Assembly (NCBI GenBank): GCA_035084275.1
Contig: CM068750.1
Coordinates: 4,278,001 to 4,342,000 of the forward strand
Direction: 5' to 3'
Source: Hydrolagus colliei
Lineage: Eukaryota
Length of the DNA stretch: 64,000 nt
The notes under the pieces are model-generated. The model had not been told where the DNA came from. It searched no databases and was given only the letters and a program-made list of their open reading frames with translations. A program made the translations under genes and the position numbers. How positions within the stretch are numbered: the first letter of the stretch is position 1; each line of letters starts with the position of its first letter. Positions 13,528 through 26,449 of this stretch are shown one piece after another.

Positions 13528-14298
13528 ACCCTACTGGTAAATCTACCGCAGTTTTGCCTATAGTCACCTGGAGTCATTTCGGAGGCAAATCAAAACCTCT
13601 CTTGATTCTGCGAAGCAAAAATTGTTTCATAAAAAATATATGCAATACTGCGTTTGATATGGCAGCCCCAATGTGGTGTAGGATGCTGTGAGTATAACTC
13701 AATCTTTCTGGGTTAATGACATACATGAACAATTCAAGTTGTGAGCGTATGGTATGAGACATTATATCAGTGCTCTCCAGCACATCAATTATTCTGCTTT
13801 TATTTCCTAAAATTTTGCAGTATAGCCTCAAGATTCAGTCTTTAATAACCAAGCCATCAGCCATTCAGGCTCATGATGTTCTAATTAGCAATGTAGATCC
13901 ATGTGAACAAGAACACAGCATCTCTCTTGGATCCACGTCTACAGATAGATACCCTGTGGGTTGTAGGCTGGACTGGGATAAATGGAAGGATAAACGGACT
14001 GCGGCATGAAAAAAATATTAAGTCTTTCCCACCGGAAGCTGAGAAGCCATACAACACTGGTGTAACCTGCAAGTAGTTTTGTTTTCAAACTCTAACGCTC
14101 AAAACATCTTCAGTGTTTCAACGTTCAGAAGCAAAACTGAACTTTAACGGTGAAACCAATAAGGAGCTTGTAGAAGAAAGGAAAGTGCATCAGGGATAAG
14201 GACAGGTAATGGAATTTCACCAGGACATTTCATTACATTTAAGCTACTTGTCTGTTGAGTTCAAAAGAGAATGACTGGCAAACCCAAAAAAATCACAC

Positions 14299-14446
14299 CT
14301 GTTTCAATATCAGTCAAATGAAGCATTGAATCAAATCCACCGCTGAGGATCTGCCGTCCACACAAAGACCACTGAGCGTCACGAACCGCCCCTCTGTGGC
14401 ACAAGTACGTCTTCAAGCACTTGCTTGTATCAATAGCATCCCATAC
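14299..14446 (-). CDS. WDR25: WDR25 coding exon 2
   Basis: aag|GTA TGG...ACA G|gtgtga, 148 nt; [49 protein letters not shown]. Confidence 0.92.
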
Positions 14447-15044
14447 CTTTATGAAGAGCAAACAATAGAAAAATGTCAGCGGAAATCAAAGGCTTGATTC
14501 GAAAATCCAGATGCAATAAAAGAAAATGGTCCAGGCTAAAACTGCAGAATCATCTTACCTTGCCTCCAAATACTACTACTGCATATTAAAAAAAAACTCC
14601 ATCCTTATTTTATTTGGTTATGGATATAAAAATAATCTTAAAAATTAATTCATTCCAGGCTGACCTTATCTCCAAAACCAGCACCTCAAAACCAATCACA
14701 GGTCAGAAATGATAGGGAATTATTGCTCAATGGTAATGGTTCCCAGACACATCTCGCAAATTCCATACACTGCTTCAGGCCACTGATACGTTACTAAAGT
14801 CATTTAATGTGCTTAAAACACTTGATTAGAAGAGTATTGTTTTTTATTATAACAATACTCTTTTAGCTTGGCCTTATCAAGCACAGATTCAGCTGCTTCT
14901 GCAGCAAAGACATCGTTGAGAAAAGAAACAACTTTGTTTCCAAATCTTCTTTATCAGCAGGGAATTCCAGCTTCATTTTTATGTTAAATACAACTTAAAA
15001 TAAAATCGGCTTTACCATAATCCAATAACACATTTGCCCTTGGT

Positions 15045-15356
15045 GAAGTCCTGGAGCTCAATGGTTAGAGCACTCGCCTTGCAAGTCAGAGACCTGGGTT
15101 CAATTCCCGGCACGGCAAAATCTTGGGCAAGTTTCCTTACTCCACACGCATAATAATAATAATAATCCCTCAAAAAAACCCCAACAATAGTTTGGTCACA
15201 CAACTCACCGACTGTTTGCGGGTCACAGCTGTGCGCAAAATGGCTGCCGCATTTCGCCCACATACAGTCAATTCACTTTACAATATATTCTGTGAAGCGC
15301 TTTGAGATGTCTAGAAGACGAGAAAAGCACTATATCAAATGTAAGTATTATTATTA
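15045..15356 (+). mobile_element. tRNA-derived SINE, full length
   Basis: Head GTCCTGGAGCTCAATGGTTAGAGCACTCGCC...GGTTCAATTCCC, body and tail. Confidence 0.9.
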
Positions 15357-16499
15357 CTTATATGTATAAATATATGGCCAGCTCTCCTCACAGGTGTCCC
15401 AACATTGCGCACATTTTCAATAGGTACTTAGCAAAGAGCTGACTCTCCTGTTGACTAGGAAAGCTTTTCCCACTGATAGTTCTACTGGTGTGAAGTGAAG
15501 CCTAAATAGATTGAGACCCCGCCGCAATCGTACCCAGATTGTAACTTTAAACGTATATTGCATTGATGTGATGTGAAAACCACATCAAATTGTGACAAGA
15601 GATGGTTGGCTGCACTTAGACAGACTCACACAAGTGTCAGTGTAATGGATATCAAACAAATCTCTTCAAAGATACTACCTTGACACAATGGAGAGAATTC
15701 AAGTGAATGTTTGTTGAAGATCTAACGCTTTCTGGTTGCTTAATTAAGCAGCAGATTGGTAACCAAAGCAGGACTACGCATTTTAGTTTCAATTTGAAGT
15801 TGAATCAATGTACAATATTGTTGTTTGCCTTTGAAATCCGAAAGCTTATTAATAATCAAGGCAAACAGCAGTATGAGTTGCAGTCAGCAAATGCAATTAC
15901 TGTAGAATTCTTGTTGCAGGGGATTGTTTAATGAGTGGGTGGCACTCTCCTGTAAATCTATACAAGACATGCAAGTAAAAAGGAAACATAACGTGAAATA
16001 AGGACATATTCACGATCCATGTAAATAATCTGGAATAAACCTTTGGGTAACACAGTAGCTACGTCGACATTACCTGTTACATATAGGAGTAAAGAAGTTC
16101 CCGCAGTAATAGTGACCCAGATAGATTTGCAAATGTTTGAGAGATGCTGTTAGAATTTCATGAATCTTAATGAAAATAGAAAAATAATTATATCTCCGAA
16201 ATGGAGTTTTCGTGTTTGCTTTGTCCCTTGAAAATGGAGAGTACAGAAGCGACAGTTTGCATTTGCATCTCAGTTCCATTGGCGTCACCAATATGGATTC
16301 TGTGCAACTGCATTTTCCCAACAGGTCAGCAATTTGGTCCTCCCTGAATTTCCACCGGGTTTGCGATGTACATTGCATTAACCACTGCAGAGAATCTTTC
16401 AATATTTACACTCGCTAACTGAAAATACTCCTAAATACAACACAAGTCTGCGCTGTGCCAACAGTTACAATGGCTCCTAATTACTTCTGTGACCTTAAA

Positions 16500-16962
16500 C
16501 GCAACAACCTACCTAATCCCTCTGACCCGCAGTCAGTGGGCTGCTTCATGCTCCACAGCTTGCCTGCCCCACCATTGGTGGTCGGGCTTTCAGATTATAT
16601 CTGACCCCTCTCCAGAACTGTATCCCGGAATATCCTCACCTCGCCTCCTTTAAGGTCTGTCAGCCACTTTCCCCCCTCCACCCTCTCCTGAATCCAACCA
16701 TTCTCAGTTGGGTGCAAATCCTCTACTGTCCAACCTCTGGAACTCCATCCCACAGTCCATCCGTCTCACCCCACCTCCCTGGCCTCCTTCAAGTCCCGCC
16801 TCGAGACCCTCCTCTTCGACGGTCCCATCGGTCACCCCAAATCCCCCTCTTTCCCTCCACTCACCTGGACCCCAGCTCGGGTCTGAAACAATGACTGTCC
16901 AGCACCTTGGGATGTCCTCCTGACGTGAAAGGCGTTATACGAATACAGTTTGTTGTTGTTTG
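16500..16962 (+). mobile_element. L2 LINE 3' end with tail
   Basis: CTCTGGAACTCCATCCC (LWNSIP), TTCAAGTCCCGCCTCGAGACC, tail CAGCACCTTGGGATGTCC...GTGAAAGGCG...(GTT)n. Confidence 0.75.
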
Positions 16963-17691
16963 CTGTTATCTGCACTGACTTTGGTTCATAATGAGCACAA
17001 GTGGGATTCATTTCATTCTGAGGACCCTCTGTAGCAGCAGAAGCTGTGGCTATTATTGTATAAGATCAATGAAAAGAGCACTTTTAAATCAGACCGATTT
17101 ACTTCTGGCCAGGATTCTGTAAGAAATTCAATTTATCACTGAGCATTAATCTTTCCAACAGATTCCTATACCTGGAAACATCTGAAACTGTGGTTATCAG
17201 TTATTATTTCTAATTTGAGGTCCTTCCATGAGAAGCAGATCCAAATTTGCATCAGAATATAGATAGCATAATAGTGGATGTGTTAAAGAGTGTACATTGG
17301 ATTGCTACAAAATGTAGCACAATGAAGAGTTTGAGTTGATGCCGAACTGTGACAGCTAAAGCTAATGGGCTTCTTAACCTTTTGTTGAGTCCTAGGATTG
17401 TATTTCTACATATTTTCAGCCAAACTGTCATCACATGTATCGACCGGTAATTATATATGCAGTATAATGTCATTTATCTTTTAAACATTGAATATTATGA
17501 GTCGGTGAAACGGAAAAATGCCGATACGAGCTGATGTAATCCGAGAGTAAAATATGGTGCCTAAAAGTGGAGACCAGTTCACACGGATGCTCAGGCTGAC
17601 CAACACGCTGTGCGAGTACATCACTTAATCTCCTCACAAACTGAGGAGAGATAATTGCCAACTATCTTTATTCACTCATTTGGTAGCACTT

Positions 17692-17950
17692 AGCTGGCTC
17701 AGTGGGGAGCTCTCTTGCTTCTTGAGTCAGAAAGGTGCGTGTGGTGGCACTTGGGGCGCGAGTAGTTTACAAGGGCCGACATTCCAGCGCAGTGCTGGGG
17801 GTGTGCTGCGCTGTTGGATATGTCATTCTGCGTTTGAGACATTAAAATGAGGTCTCATCTCATCGGTCTACTTAGGTGGAGGTTAATATCCTATGGTACT
17901 CGAAAAGAGAAGCCGAGTTCTGACTCAGAGTTCTGGCCATCAATCCCCCG
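17692..17950 (+). mobile_element. Old DeuSINE-like (SacSINE1/AmnSINE-type) copy
   Basis: GGCTCAGTGG...TGAGTCAGAAAGG head and TGAGACATTAAAATGAGGTC...AGGTGGAGGTTAATATCCTATGG central block resembling the Deu domain (recalled). Confidence 0.6.
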
Positions 17951-18068
17951 GATAAAATCAGTTATTTGCTTCATGAGATGCACTTTATATTCCACTACTG
18001 GTGCAGTCACTAATATTGGTAGGTCTTTGCCCACTTGTGAGATGTGCCTCACATGCAATATAATTCAC

Positions 18069-18345
18069 AGTCCTGTAGCTCGGTGGTTAGAGCATTCGCC
18101 TCGCAAGTGAGAGACCTGGGTTTGATTCCCGTCAGGGTGAAATCTTTGGCAAGTTTCCTTACTTCACACACTTGATAATAATCCCTCAAGAAAAACAAAC
18201 AATAATAATTTAGTCACTCAATACACGACTGTTTGTGGGACACTACTGTGTGCAACTGGCTGCCACAAATATAGTCAATTCTCTTTCTCTTCGAGACGTC
18301 TAGAAGACATGACAAGTGCTATAACAAATGCAAGGATTGTTATTT
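18069..18345 (+). mobile_element. tRNA-derived SINE with internal deletion
   Basis: Head GTCCTGTAGCTCGGTGGTTAGAGC, body and tail. Confidence 0.88.
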
Positions 18346-19420
18346 TATATTATTATAATAATATTCATGTATATTTTATATTAATATAATAATATTCATG
18401 TATAATGTGGCTTTGGCCACATTTCCTACCACATATTAGGTGGAGAAATGCGCCTCCTCTAAGGGTTTAAACTGCAGACACAATTGACCGAGCATAATTG
18501 TTTGTGGTTGGTAAGCAAATTACTTTTGTTCAGCAATAGTTTTGCAAAGAGAAAATAAAGAATTGGAGATATGACGTGTGCTAGAAGCATATTTTTCCTA
18601 GTGAATGTAGATTTCCTAAATGTAGTACACAAAAACATGCCTCATTTAATATTAAATGTCATGTGCTTCAAAAACTTTTTTAATTTCCCTAATAGGAGAA
18701 CATCAGTCATACTGCCTTTGAATTAGACACACTTGAGAGCTGCTATTATTAAAATCAATATGAATCTGCTGTGAACCTTTCTCGGGCATTTCATTAGCCT
18801 CACTACCTGGGAGATAACAAAACTGATCTGCAACGGTTTGACATCGCTCTAGAAATCCTAGAGCAAGTTACTCTCTTTATTATGCAGGCATGCTGTTTGT
18901 CTCATTAAAACGAGAGATAGGCTTGTGTTCAACATTACCTCACTAGTCTGTTAAAAGTGCCTCCCAGCATCAAGGCCTTTTCCAAGGTCACTGATGACTT
19001 TTTCCCCTCCTCTGAACTTCTTTAATCTCTCTGTAGCTGTGAATAATTTTGTCCTGTGATTTACTGATCCCAATGAGACACAGTCTGAAACACGATTGCC
19101 TGCGCTGTTTTAAAAAATACATATAATTGGACATTTGGCTCGATGACTTGCAACAAAAAATAGCTTTTACCCCTACTTTCCTGACGATTCTGTCTCATGC
19201 TGGAATAAGGTTCCATCTGAACTGGCCAACCTCCAGCACCAAGGGAGTCTCTTTTCATATGTGAGCCGAGATGGAATATGTTTACAAGCTATTTACCATG
19301 AAGCCGTCAAAGCCAAGATCAATTATTTACTCATCCAATGTCCACATACGTGCTTTTACCCAGTAACTCGTATTGATTTTCTCTCCCTAGGCCCTGAAGC
19401 CAATTACAATATCCTTACTA

Positions 19421-19718
19421 CTGTAGCTTAATGGCTAGAGCACTCGACTTGCAAGCAAGACACTTGGGTTCGATTCCCAACAGCACGAAACCTTGGGCAA
19501 GTTTCCTTACTCCAAATGCATGATAATAATCCCTCACGAAAAAATATATATATTTGGTCAGACTCAATCCATGACTGTTTGTGGGACATTGCTGTGCACA
19601 ATTGGCTGCCGATTTTCGCTCACAAAATATACAGTCAATTCATTTTGCAGTATATTATGTGAAGCACACTGAGATGTCTAGAAGAGGTGAAATGCGTGAT
19701 ATCAAATGCAAGGATTAT
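19421..19718 (+). mobile_element. tRNA-derived SINE
   Basis: CTGTAGCTTAATGGCTAGAGC...GGTTCGATTCCC head, body and tail. Confidence 0.88.
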
Positions 19719-21113
19719 CGTAATTAACTCTCTACACATATTATATGGTTGGAGTAAAATTGCCAGAGCCAAAATGGCATATTTCTGCTCTAGTTATCAT
19801 CAGGAGAGCAACAATTCTCATTTTTGTTTAGAAAAAAAGGTTTTAGAATCTCAATATTTCAAACTATTGATGATACTGTTTCTTAAACTTTCACAAATTT
19901 CAGCCACTTTATTGTTAGATATCAGTTAATGTTTTTTTGCTTTTTCATATTATGTACATTTCCAAACTTTATGCATACTAACGTGGAGATTTCATGGGAG
20001 AAATAGATGTTTCAGAAACATTGTTGAGAAGAACACTATTGTAGTTTAAAACAATCAATTTTAATACTCTTTCTCTCACCATTTAACATCAATTGCCACA
20101 AGTTCTGAACCACCACCACAAACAACAACAACTTGCATAATCTCCCAATATATTTTAATTTTAGTGCGTGTGAGTACGAGGGTGGTGCAGTTCTGATAAC
20201 ACATGCTGTTTGGTAGAAAATCCAGTCTACAGCTGAAGGTATTGAAATGGAACGTGCAAGTTTCAATGCAGATGATATCACTGACGTGTGGGGAAAATGT
20301 TCTGTTCAGAAGTCAGGATACGAGTCAAGTGAGATTTATGGCAAATTAACAACCCGATACTTGATTCTATTAATGTTGGAAAATTTAAAGTAGGGCAAAT
20401 TGGCACTGAAATTGAATGATTGATTCCAAATAACTGTCTTTATTTTTTTTATCAACTCAGCAGTTCCCCGTGGCTCTATTCTCTCCTCTGATTTTGTTCC
20501 TTATCATTGGTGACCTGCACTTATCATGTAACCTTTTTCCCTTGACTGATTGTTCCACTTCCTTCAGATTGCACTCTCTCAGTGCTATCAACCTCCGTGC
20601 CTCTTGTAGTGCAGTCACAAAATGTCTAAATCCGTGTTAGTGAGACAGTGGTCATCATACTGATGCAGGGATTATGGAGGCAATAGAAAAGATTAGAGGA
20701 AGGCAATAAAGAGGATTCCAGAGTTTTCAATCATTTTCGATGAAGACGGAATAAGAAAACGACATCTGCACTATCTATAACCTCTGCAATCCAGACTCTC
20801 ACATGGGAGCATTTATAAAATTAATAAAATATAATAGAATTAAAAATAATAACAATAAAAGGCACAAACTGGGAACACAGTAAAACAATTGATTATAAAC
20901 TGGGCAGAAAATAAGACACTTTAACCGTGCGCCATCTTAGAGAGAGTAACATTACATTCAGTCATTCTGTGCTGGATTCAAACCATGGTTTGAGAACAAT
21001 GCAGCTTTCATTTTCAATGATTTAAGACAAATCTAGAGTCTCACAAGACTTTTTGGATGAACACTAGCCAAATTATTGGTCAATTCTGGAAATTATTCAT
21101 GATCGATTTACAT

Positions 21114-21246
21114 CATGCCACGTTTCGCCCACAAAATGTACAGTCAATTCACTTTACAGTATACTGTATTCTGTGAAGCTCTTTGAGACATCTCAAAGAT
21201 GTGAAAAGGCGCTATATTAAATGAAAGGATTATCATTATTATTATT
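21114..21246 (+). mobile_element. SINE 3' fragment
   Basis: TTTCGCCCACAAA...CAGTCAATTCACTTTACAG...(ATT)n. Confidence 0.8.
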
Positions 21247-23965
21247 GGCTTCCTGAACCTATGATTGTAATGGAAATTTGATTATTATAGAGGATCTTAT
21301 CTTACTCAACCAAAACATCCAATTTTGTTGTTCTGTTAATGCTCCAAGGCATTCATATACAGCAGAAGTATGTAAGACTACTGAACTGAGCAGCCTCATT
21401 GTAGCACTCTTTGCTTCCGTAAATACAGTACCAAGAACAAATCCACCAATATGGAATTTATCCAGAAAAGAAAACAGAAAATTACAACACAAATAAAATG
21501 AAGCTTCAGAGCAAATCAGACTGCGGAAAACACACAAAGCAAACGCTGTGCAACGTTTGGTTTGTCTGCTTGGACTGCTGCAGTCTCGATTACACACATT
21601 AAAGGTAGGTGTTTGAGGTCTTTGAGTCCAGGAACAATCAGAACTGATGAGGATGTTCTGAAGAAATAATCAGCGTCACGCTGGTGTAGGCATGCGCTGG
21701 ACGACACATTCTTAAAACGCTTTGAATCGCAAATTCAGACATGAATTATCCGCTGGAGCTCCAAAGACAATTCTGCAAAGTTCTGTTTGATGAAAACTGA
21801 AATTGGAGCTAGGTCTGCCTCCGAGGACTGTTTTGTTTTATCACTAGTCAAACAGAGCTGCGTTCATTTTGAATCCATGCAGCTCTGAAGACACGGCCAG
21901 CCTTCAAAAGGAAATAGTGCATGTCCTCCCCACTTGGACTCCAGAAACAACATGTGCTTCTTGAGTCAATCAGCAAGGAGCAACAAAGACTCTCTCCTCA
22001 GTTCAAAGCTGACAAGCTCCTGTCAGGAACAGCTGAGAGCGTTGTGTGAAATTCAAACGAGATTCAGATTCAAACTCAAATCTTCTGCGGTAAAGGAATA
22101 ATTGGTCTACTGGAATATTGAACAGTGGGATCCAGTAAAAGATATGTGTGTCTGTGTGTGTGTTTGTTTGTGGGGGGGCACCCCACAGGAGTTATTCAAC
22201 ACAAAAGGTTTGTGAAATACCGTAAATGTCAGATTCTCCTCCTGACCCTATCTGATCTTTGTTATTTTGTTTAGTCGTTTTTCCCTGCTGATTAGCCCCA
22301 TTCATTCATTTTCCTTCCAACTTCTCTAAACAGTTCTCAGTTCAGTGTCACAATATAAACAGTCAATGGAGACTGCAGCTCCACATGACCACCACCAAGA
22401 ATATCTCATTTACACGAGACAGGGAGAGAATGTTGCACAATTTATACACGACAATTACAGTGTTGGATAGACTCTATTGAAAGTGTAAATAGTACAGCTC
22501 CAGTCAAACACGAACACACATCAAATTGACAGCCACCATTAATATAGAAGAATGCAATACTATACAGTCAAGTTTATTTATAGCTCTTTGGCATTTATCA
22601 CTTTCATCCCTGAATTCGCGTGAGTACGGGGGAAAATTCACACAGATTTATTTGTTGCTGTCGGATTTATTGTTTGAGCCAAAATATCACTCTACGTGCA
22701 ATACCTATCATAATCTTAAAGCGTGACTTTACTGCAACTTGATCTACAATAGAGCAATGCTTTTGCTATTCGGCCAGTTCTCTGCTATAGCTCTTTGGAA
22801 CTGCTCAACCACACAAAAAAAAAGCTAAAGCAATTACTGGTTTGAAAGAAATGCACATTTTATTTTAACAATTAATTATTTAGCTTGCAAAATCAAATGC
22901 CAATTGCAAACTGACTTGACAGTTTATTAGAATATTATTACCCATGCTGGTATTCAAATGATGAAATGTCAAGCTCCAGTGGATGATAAAGGGCTAGTAA
23001 AATTGGTAAATAGCTTTATTTAACAGCTTGAAGGGTGAATAAAGAGCACTGATGGCACAATTAAGATTGTCACAGCTGAACAGTTCCTATACAGAAAACA
23101 GTTGCAGTGGCAGCGATCTGCATAATGCCCTTTAGTATTGTACATAAGGACACCCTGGTTAAAATTATTACAGTACTTTAATTTCCAAGAAGAAAATGTT
23201 ATTTTAGCATGGCTGTGAAGCCAAAATAAATCAGAACAATAAAAAACAAAGAAGAAATATAAAGCAGAAAGAAAGTAGGATTTATTCTTTTTTTTCACAA
23301 AATATTTGATCACAAAGATCAAATTTTGTGTTCATCTGACAGATGGTAAATTTGGCAGATACCTAAAGGTTCAAGAAAGATGTATTCCAATCGTAATACT
23401 GAATACATCAATTGAATGCCCAAACGTTCAATGTGAATATATAGCTAGGATTCCCCTTCCAAGGCTGGTCCTCAAAGCAGAATTCCAAGAGGGAATCTAC
23501 CCCAACAATGTAATCGACACTATGTTGAATAGATTTAAGAAATCAGTCATTGAGATCACAAAGGAATCAGACAATTCCTTTTGTGGCAACTTTGAAATAG
23601 TGAGAGGAAGAGAATTTGCAGCCTGTGGTAACTTAGTGCCACCATCAGGCCAGTACACAGAGTGTAGGCATACACAGCATTGTATTTTCATGACTGCTCT
23701 ACATTGAACACAGTGAAAATAGTTGAAACAGCACCTTCCAGTGGCTTGTCACAGAGAAGCCCAGGTCATGGGCTTTGTAGCAAATATTTAGGCTGTACTG
23801 TACTTACAAGAGATCTTTCAATTACTAAGTGTCGGTAATGACATAAGTTTAGCAATATTTGTGAATAATTACAGCTTTAATTCACACCATTCAATCTTGT
23901 GCTACCAATTATTAACATAAACAGGGCAGCGCAATACTTATGTACATGAGTAAAGGTTTGATTTT

Positions 23966-24186
23966 ATAATAATAATAATCCATGCACTTGATATAGCGCT
24001 TTCCACATCTTCTAGGCGCCTCTAAGCGCTTCACAGAATATACTGTAAAGTGAATTGACTGTATATATTTGTGGGCGAAACACGGCAGCCAATTGTGCAC
24101 AGCAGTGTCCCACAAACAGTCGTGGATTGAAATGACCAATTTATTATTTTTCTGGAGGGATATTATTATTGGGTGTATTTTCCTTA
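23966..24186 (-). mobile_element. SINE, 5'-truncated
   Basis: Reverse complement of the family body and tail. Confidence 0.85.
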
Positions 24187-24477
24187 CAATAGTGTCAGAA
24201 TTCATATTTTAAAGATTAGAATGCACCATAAAATACACAATTTAATCCACACCAGCCTCAAGATAATGTTCCAATAATACTAGTTCAAAATGAAACATAA
24301 TAGGTTGCTTTTGTTATAGTGAAGTCTTAATGACATAATTAAAAAACTACAAATCAAGGAACATCTGCAAGAAAATCTGCATTTTCTAATCATCGATATA
24401 TCGGCCGATATGAGTAAAACGAATAATACCACAGTGCACAACATAAAGCTGAACAAAGCGTCTCCACTTGTTGGTAC

Positions 24478-25236
24478 CTTTAAGGACTTGTCCATGGAAG
24501 CGGAGAGAAGCAAGTGACTGTGTTGCTGGACTGGACACCACTGTATTTTATTCACTGGCCCACTGTGCTCACCCATCTGAAACAAGCAGCGCTTTGGAAT
24601 TTCTGAAGTTTTGGAATGCTTCTCCAAATAGGGCTGAATAAAGTCAGAAACTCTGCTCGTCGCGTTTGACGGCTGATCTTCCGAAGCCGTGTATTTTTGC
24701 TCCGAGGTTAGAGCTTCGGTGTGGTCCACCGTTGCGGAGTTGGTGTAAGACACCGCCTGCTCCCGCCTCACTCTCTTCGGTACGTAAGGTCTAATGTTTC
24801 CGGGGGCTCCCACAGAGTCTTGAAAAGATGACCTTTTCCGAACGCAGGAGATCACCTTTGCCGGAAGTTTGTTACATTTCTGCGCCCGACTCAATAAATT
24901 TGGAAGACCCCTTTTAGAAAAAATGGGAGGTCCCTGTTGAGGATGTGCTTGATGGGTCATGGTGGTGTCTGGAGATTTGGGAGCCGTCTGAACGTTTATC
25001 CGAGGAACGTTCCGTTTGTTTGGGGCCGTGTGACCTGCGCTCAAATCTCCCGGTGAGGAATTTCCCATCGCCCAGTCGGAAGTAGATTTCGACCGCCCAG
25101 CCTTCGGCGCCACTCGCTGGAAACGGGATTCGGGCTTAACAATAAGATCACCTTCTCTTCCAAGGCACCCGTCAGCCCCGCATTCGTCATTGTCTGTCTC
25201 TGAACCCGAGGACTCATAGGCAACCAGAGAATTCAT
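24478..25236 (-). CDS. WDR25: WDR25 first coding exon (disordered N-terminus plus first WD repeat); in-frame upstream ATGs at 25299 and 25308 could extend it by up to 24 aa
   Basis: MNSLVAYESSGSE start motif, IRPYVPKR motif, HSGPVNKIQWCPVQQHSHLLLSASMDKSLK|gtacca donor. Confidence 0.9.
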
Positions 25237-25414
25237 GTTGTTTTGTAATATACCGGATGATGACGGACCCAATGTCGTTTCCAATTCATGGGCTTTCATC
25301 CGAAACATGGAACTGACCCTCCCTCCACCTACAGTCTGAAATGGCCACCAGCTCTGCCGTGGCTCGCTCTACTCTCTAAACTTGAGGTTGCTCTCCGGCT
25401 TGCTCTTTAACATC

Positions 25415-26447
25415 TCTCAGTTACCCTCTATTACTTTCTGAGTTACTCTCTGTTACTCTATTATTCTCTGAGTAACTGTCTTATCACACACCGGGTTACG
25501 CTCTGTAACTCTCTCTGTTATTACACCCCGGGTTACTCTCTCTCTCTATTACTCCCCAGGTTACTCTCTCTCTATTACTCCCTGGGTTACTCTCTCTCTA
25601 TTACTCCCTGGGTTACTCTCTCTCTCTATTACTCCCTGGGTTACTCTCTGTTACTTCCCAGGTTACTCTCTCTCCACTACTCCCCAGGTTACTCTCTCTC
25701 TCTGTTACTCCCGGGTTACTCTCTCTGTTACTCCCCGGGTTACTTTCTCTCTCTCTCTCTGTTACTCCCCGGGTTACTCTCTCTCTCTCTGTTACTCCCC
25801 GGGTTACTCTCTCTCTCCCTATTACTCCCCGGGTTACTCTCTCTCTCTATTACTCCCCGGATTACTCTCTCTCTCTCTCTCTATTACTCCCCGGGTTACT
25901 CTCTCTCTCTCTCTCTATTACTCCCCGGGTTACTCTCTCTCTCTCTATTACTCCCCGGGTTACTCTCTCTCACTCTCTCTCTATTACTCCCCGGGTTACT
26001 CTCTCTCTCCCTATTACTCCCCGGGTTACTCTCTCTCTCTCTCTATTACTCCCCGGGTTACTCTCTCTCTCTCTCTCTCTCTATTACTCCCCGGGTTACT
26101 CTCTCTCTCTCTCTATTACTCCCCGGGTTACTCTCTCTCTCTCTATTACTCCCCGGGTTACTCTCTCTCACTCTCTCTCTATTACTCCCCGGGTTACTCT
26201 CTCTCTCTATTACTCCCCAGGTTACTCTCTCTCTCTCTCTCTATTACTCCCCGGGTTATTCTCTCTCTCTCTCTATTACTCCCCGGGTTACTCTCTCTCT
26301 CTCTCTCTATTACTCCCCGGGTTACTCTCTCTCTCTCTCTATTACTCCCCGGGTTACTCTCTCTCTCTCTCTATTACTCCCCGGGTTACTCTCTCTCTCT
26401 CTCTCTCTCTATTACTCCCCGGGTTACTCTCTCTCTCTCTCTCTCTG
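25415..26447. repeat. Compound minisatellite with unit TTACTCCCCGGGTTAC(TC)nTA
   Basis: Dozens of tandem units with a variable internal (TC)n tract; degenerate on the left, homogeneous on the right. Confidence 0.95.
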
Positions 26448-26449
26448 TT

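Noticed and set aside
18069-18140. tRNA-like sequences (Ala/Val-type anticodon loop) at the heads of many repeats
   Set aside because: Each runs directly into the SINE body and tail, anticodons vary between copies and acceptor stems are imperfect; these are SINE heads, not tRNA genes
21643-21670. CTGATGA followed by GAAA as a second hammerhead
   Set aside because: No credible stem II closing onto GAAA and no stem I or III pairing
23306-23707. 133-aa ORF antisense within the WDR25 intron
   Set aside because: Non-ATG start, no recognisable domain and no clear splice context
25415-26447. Repeat-spacer look resembling a CRISPR array
   Set aside because: The spacers are just (TC)n tracts, the DNA is vertebrate and there are no cas genes
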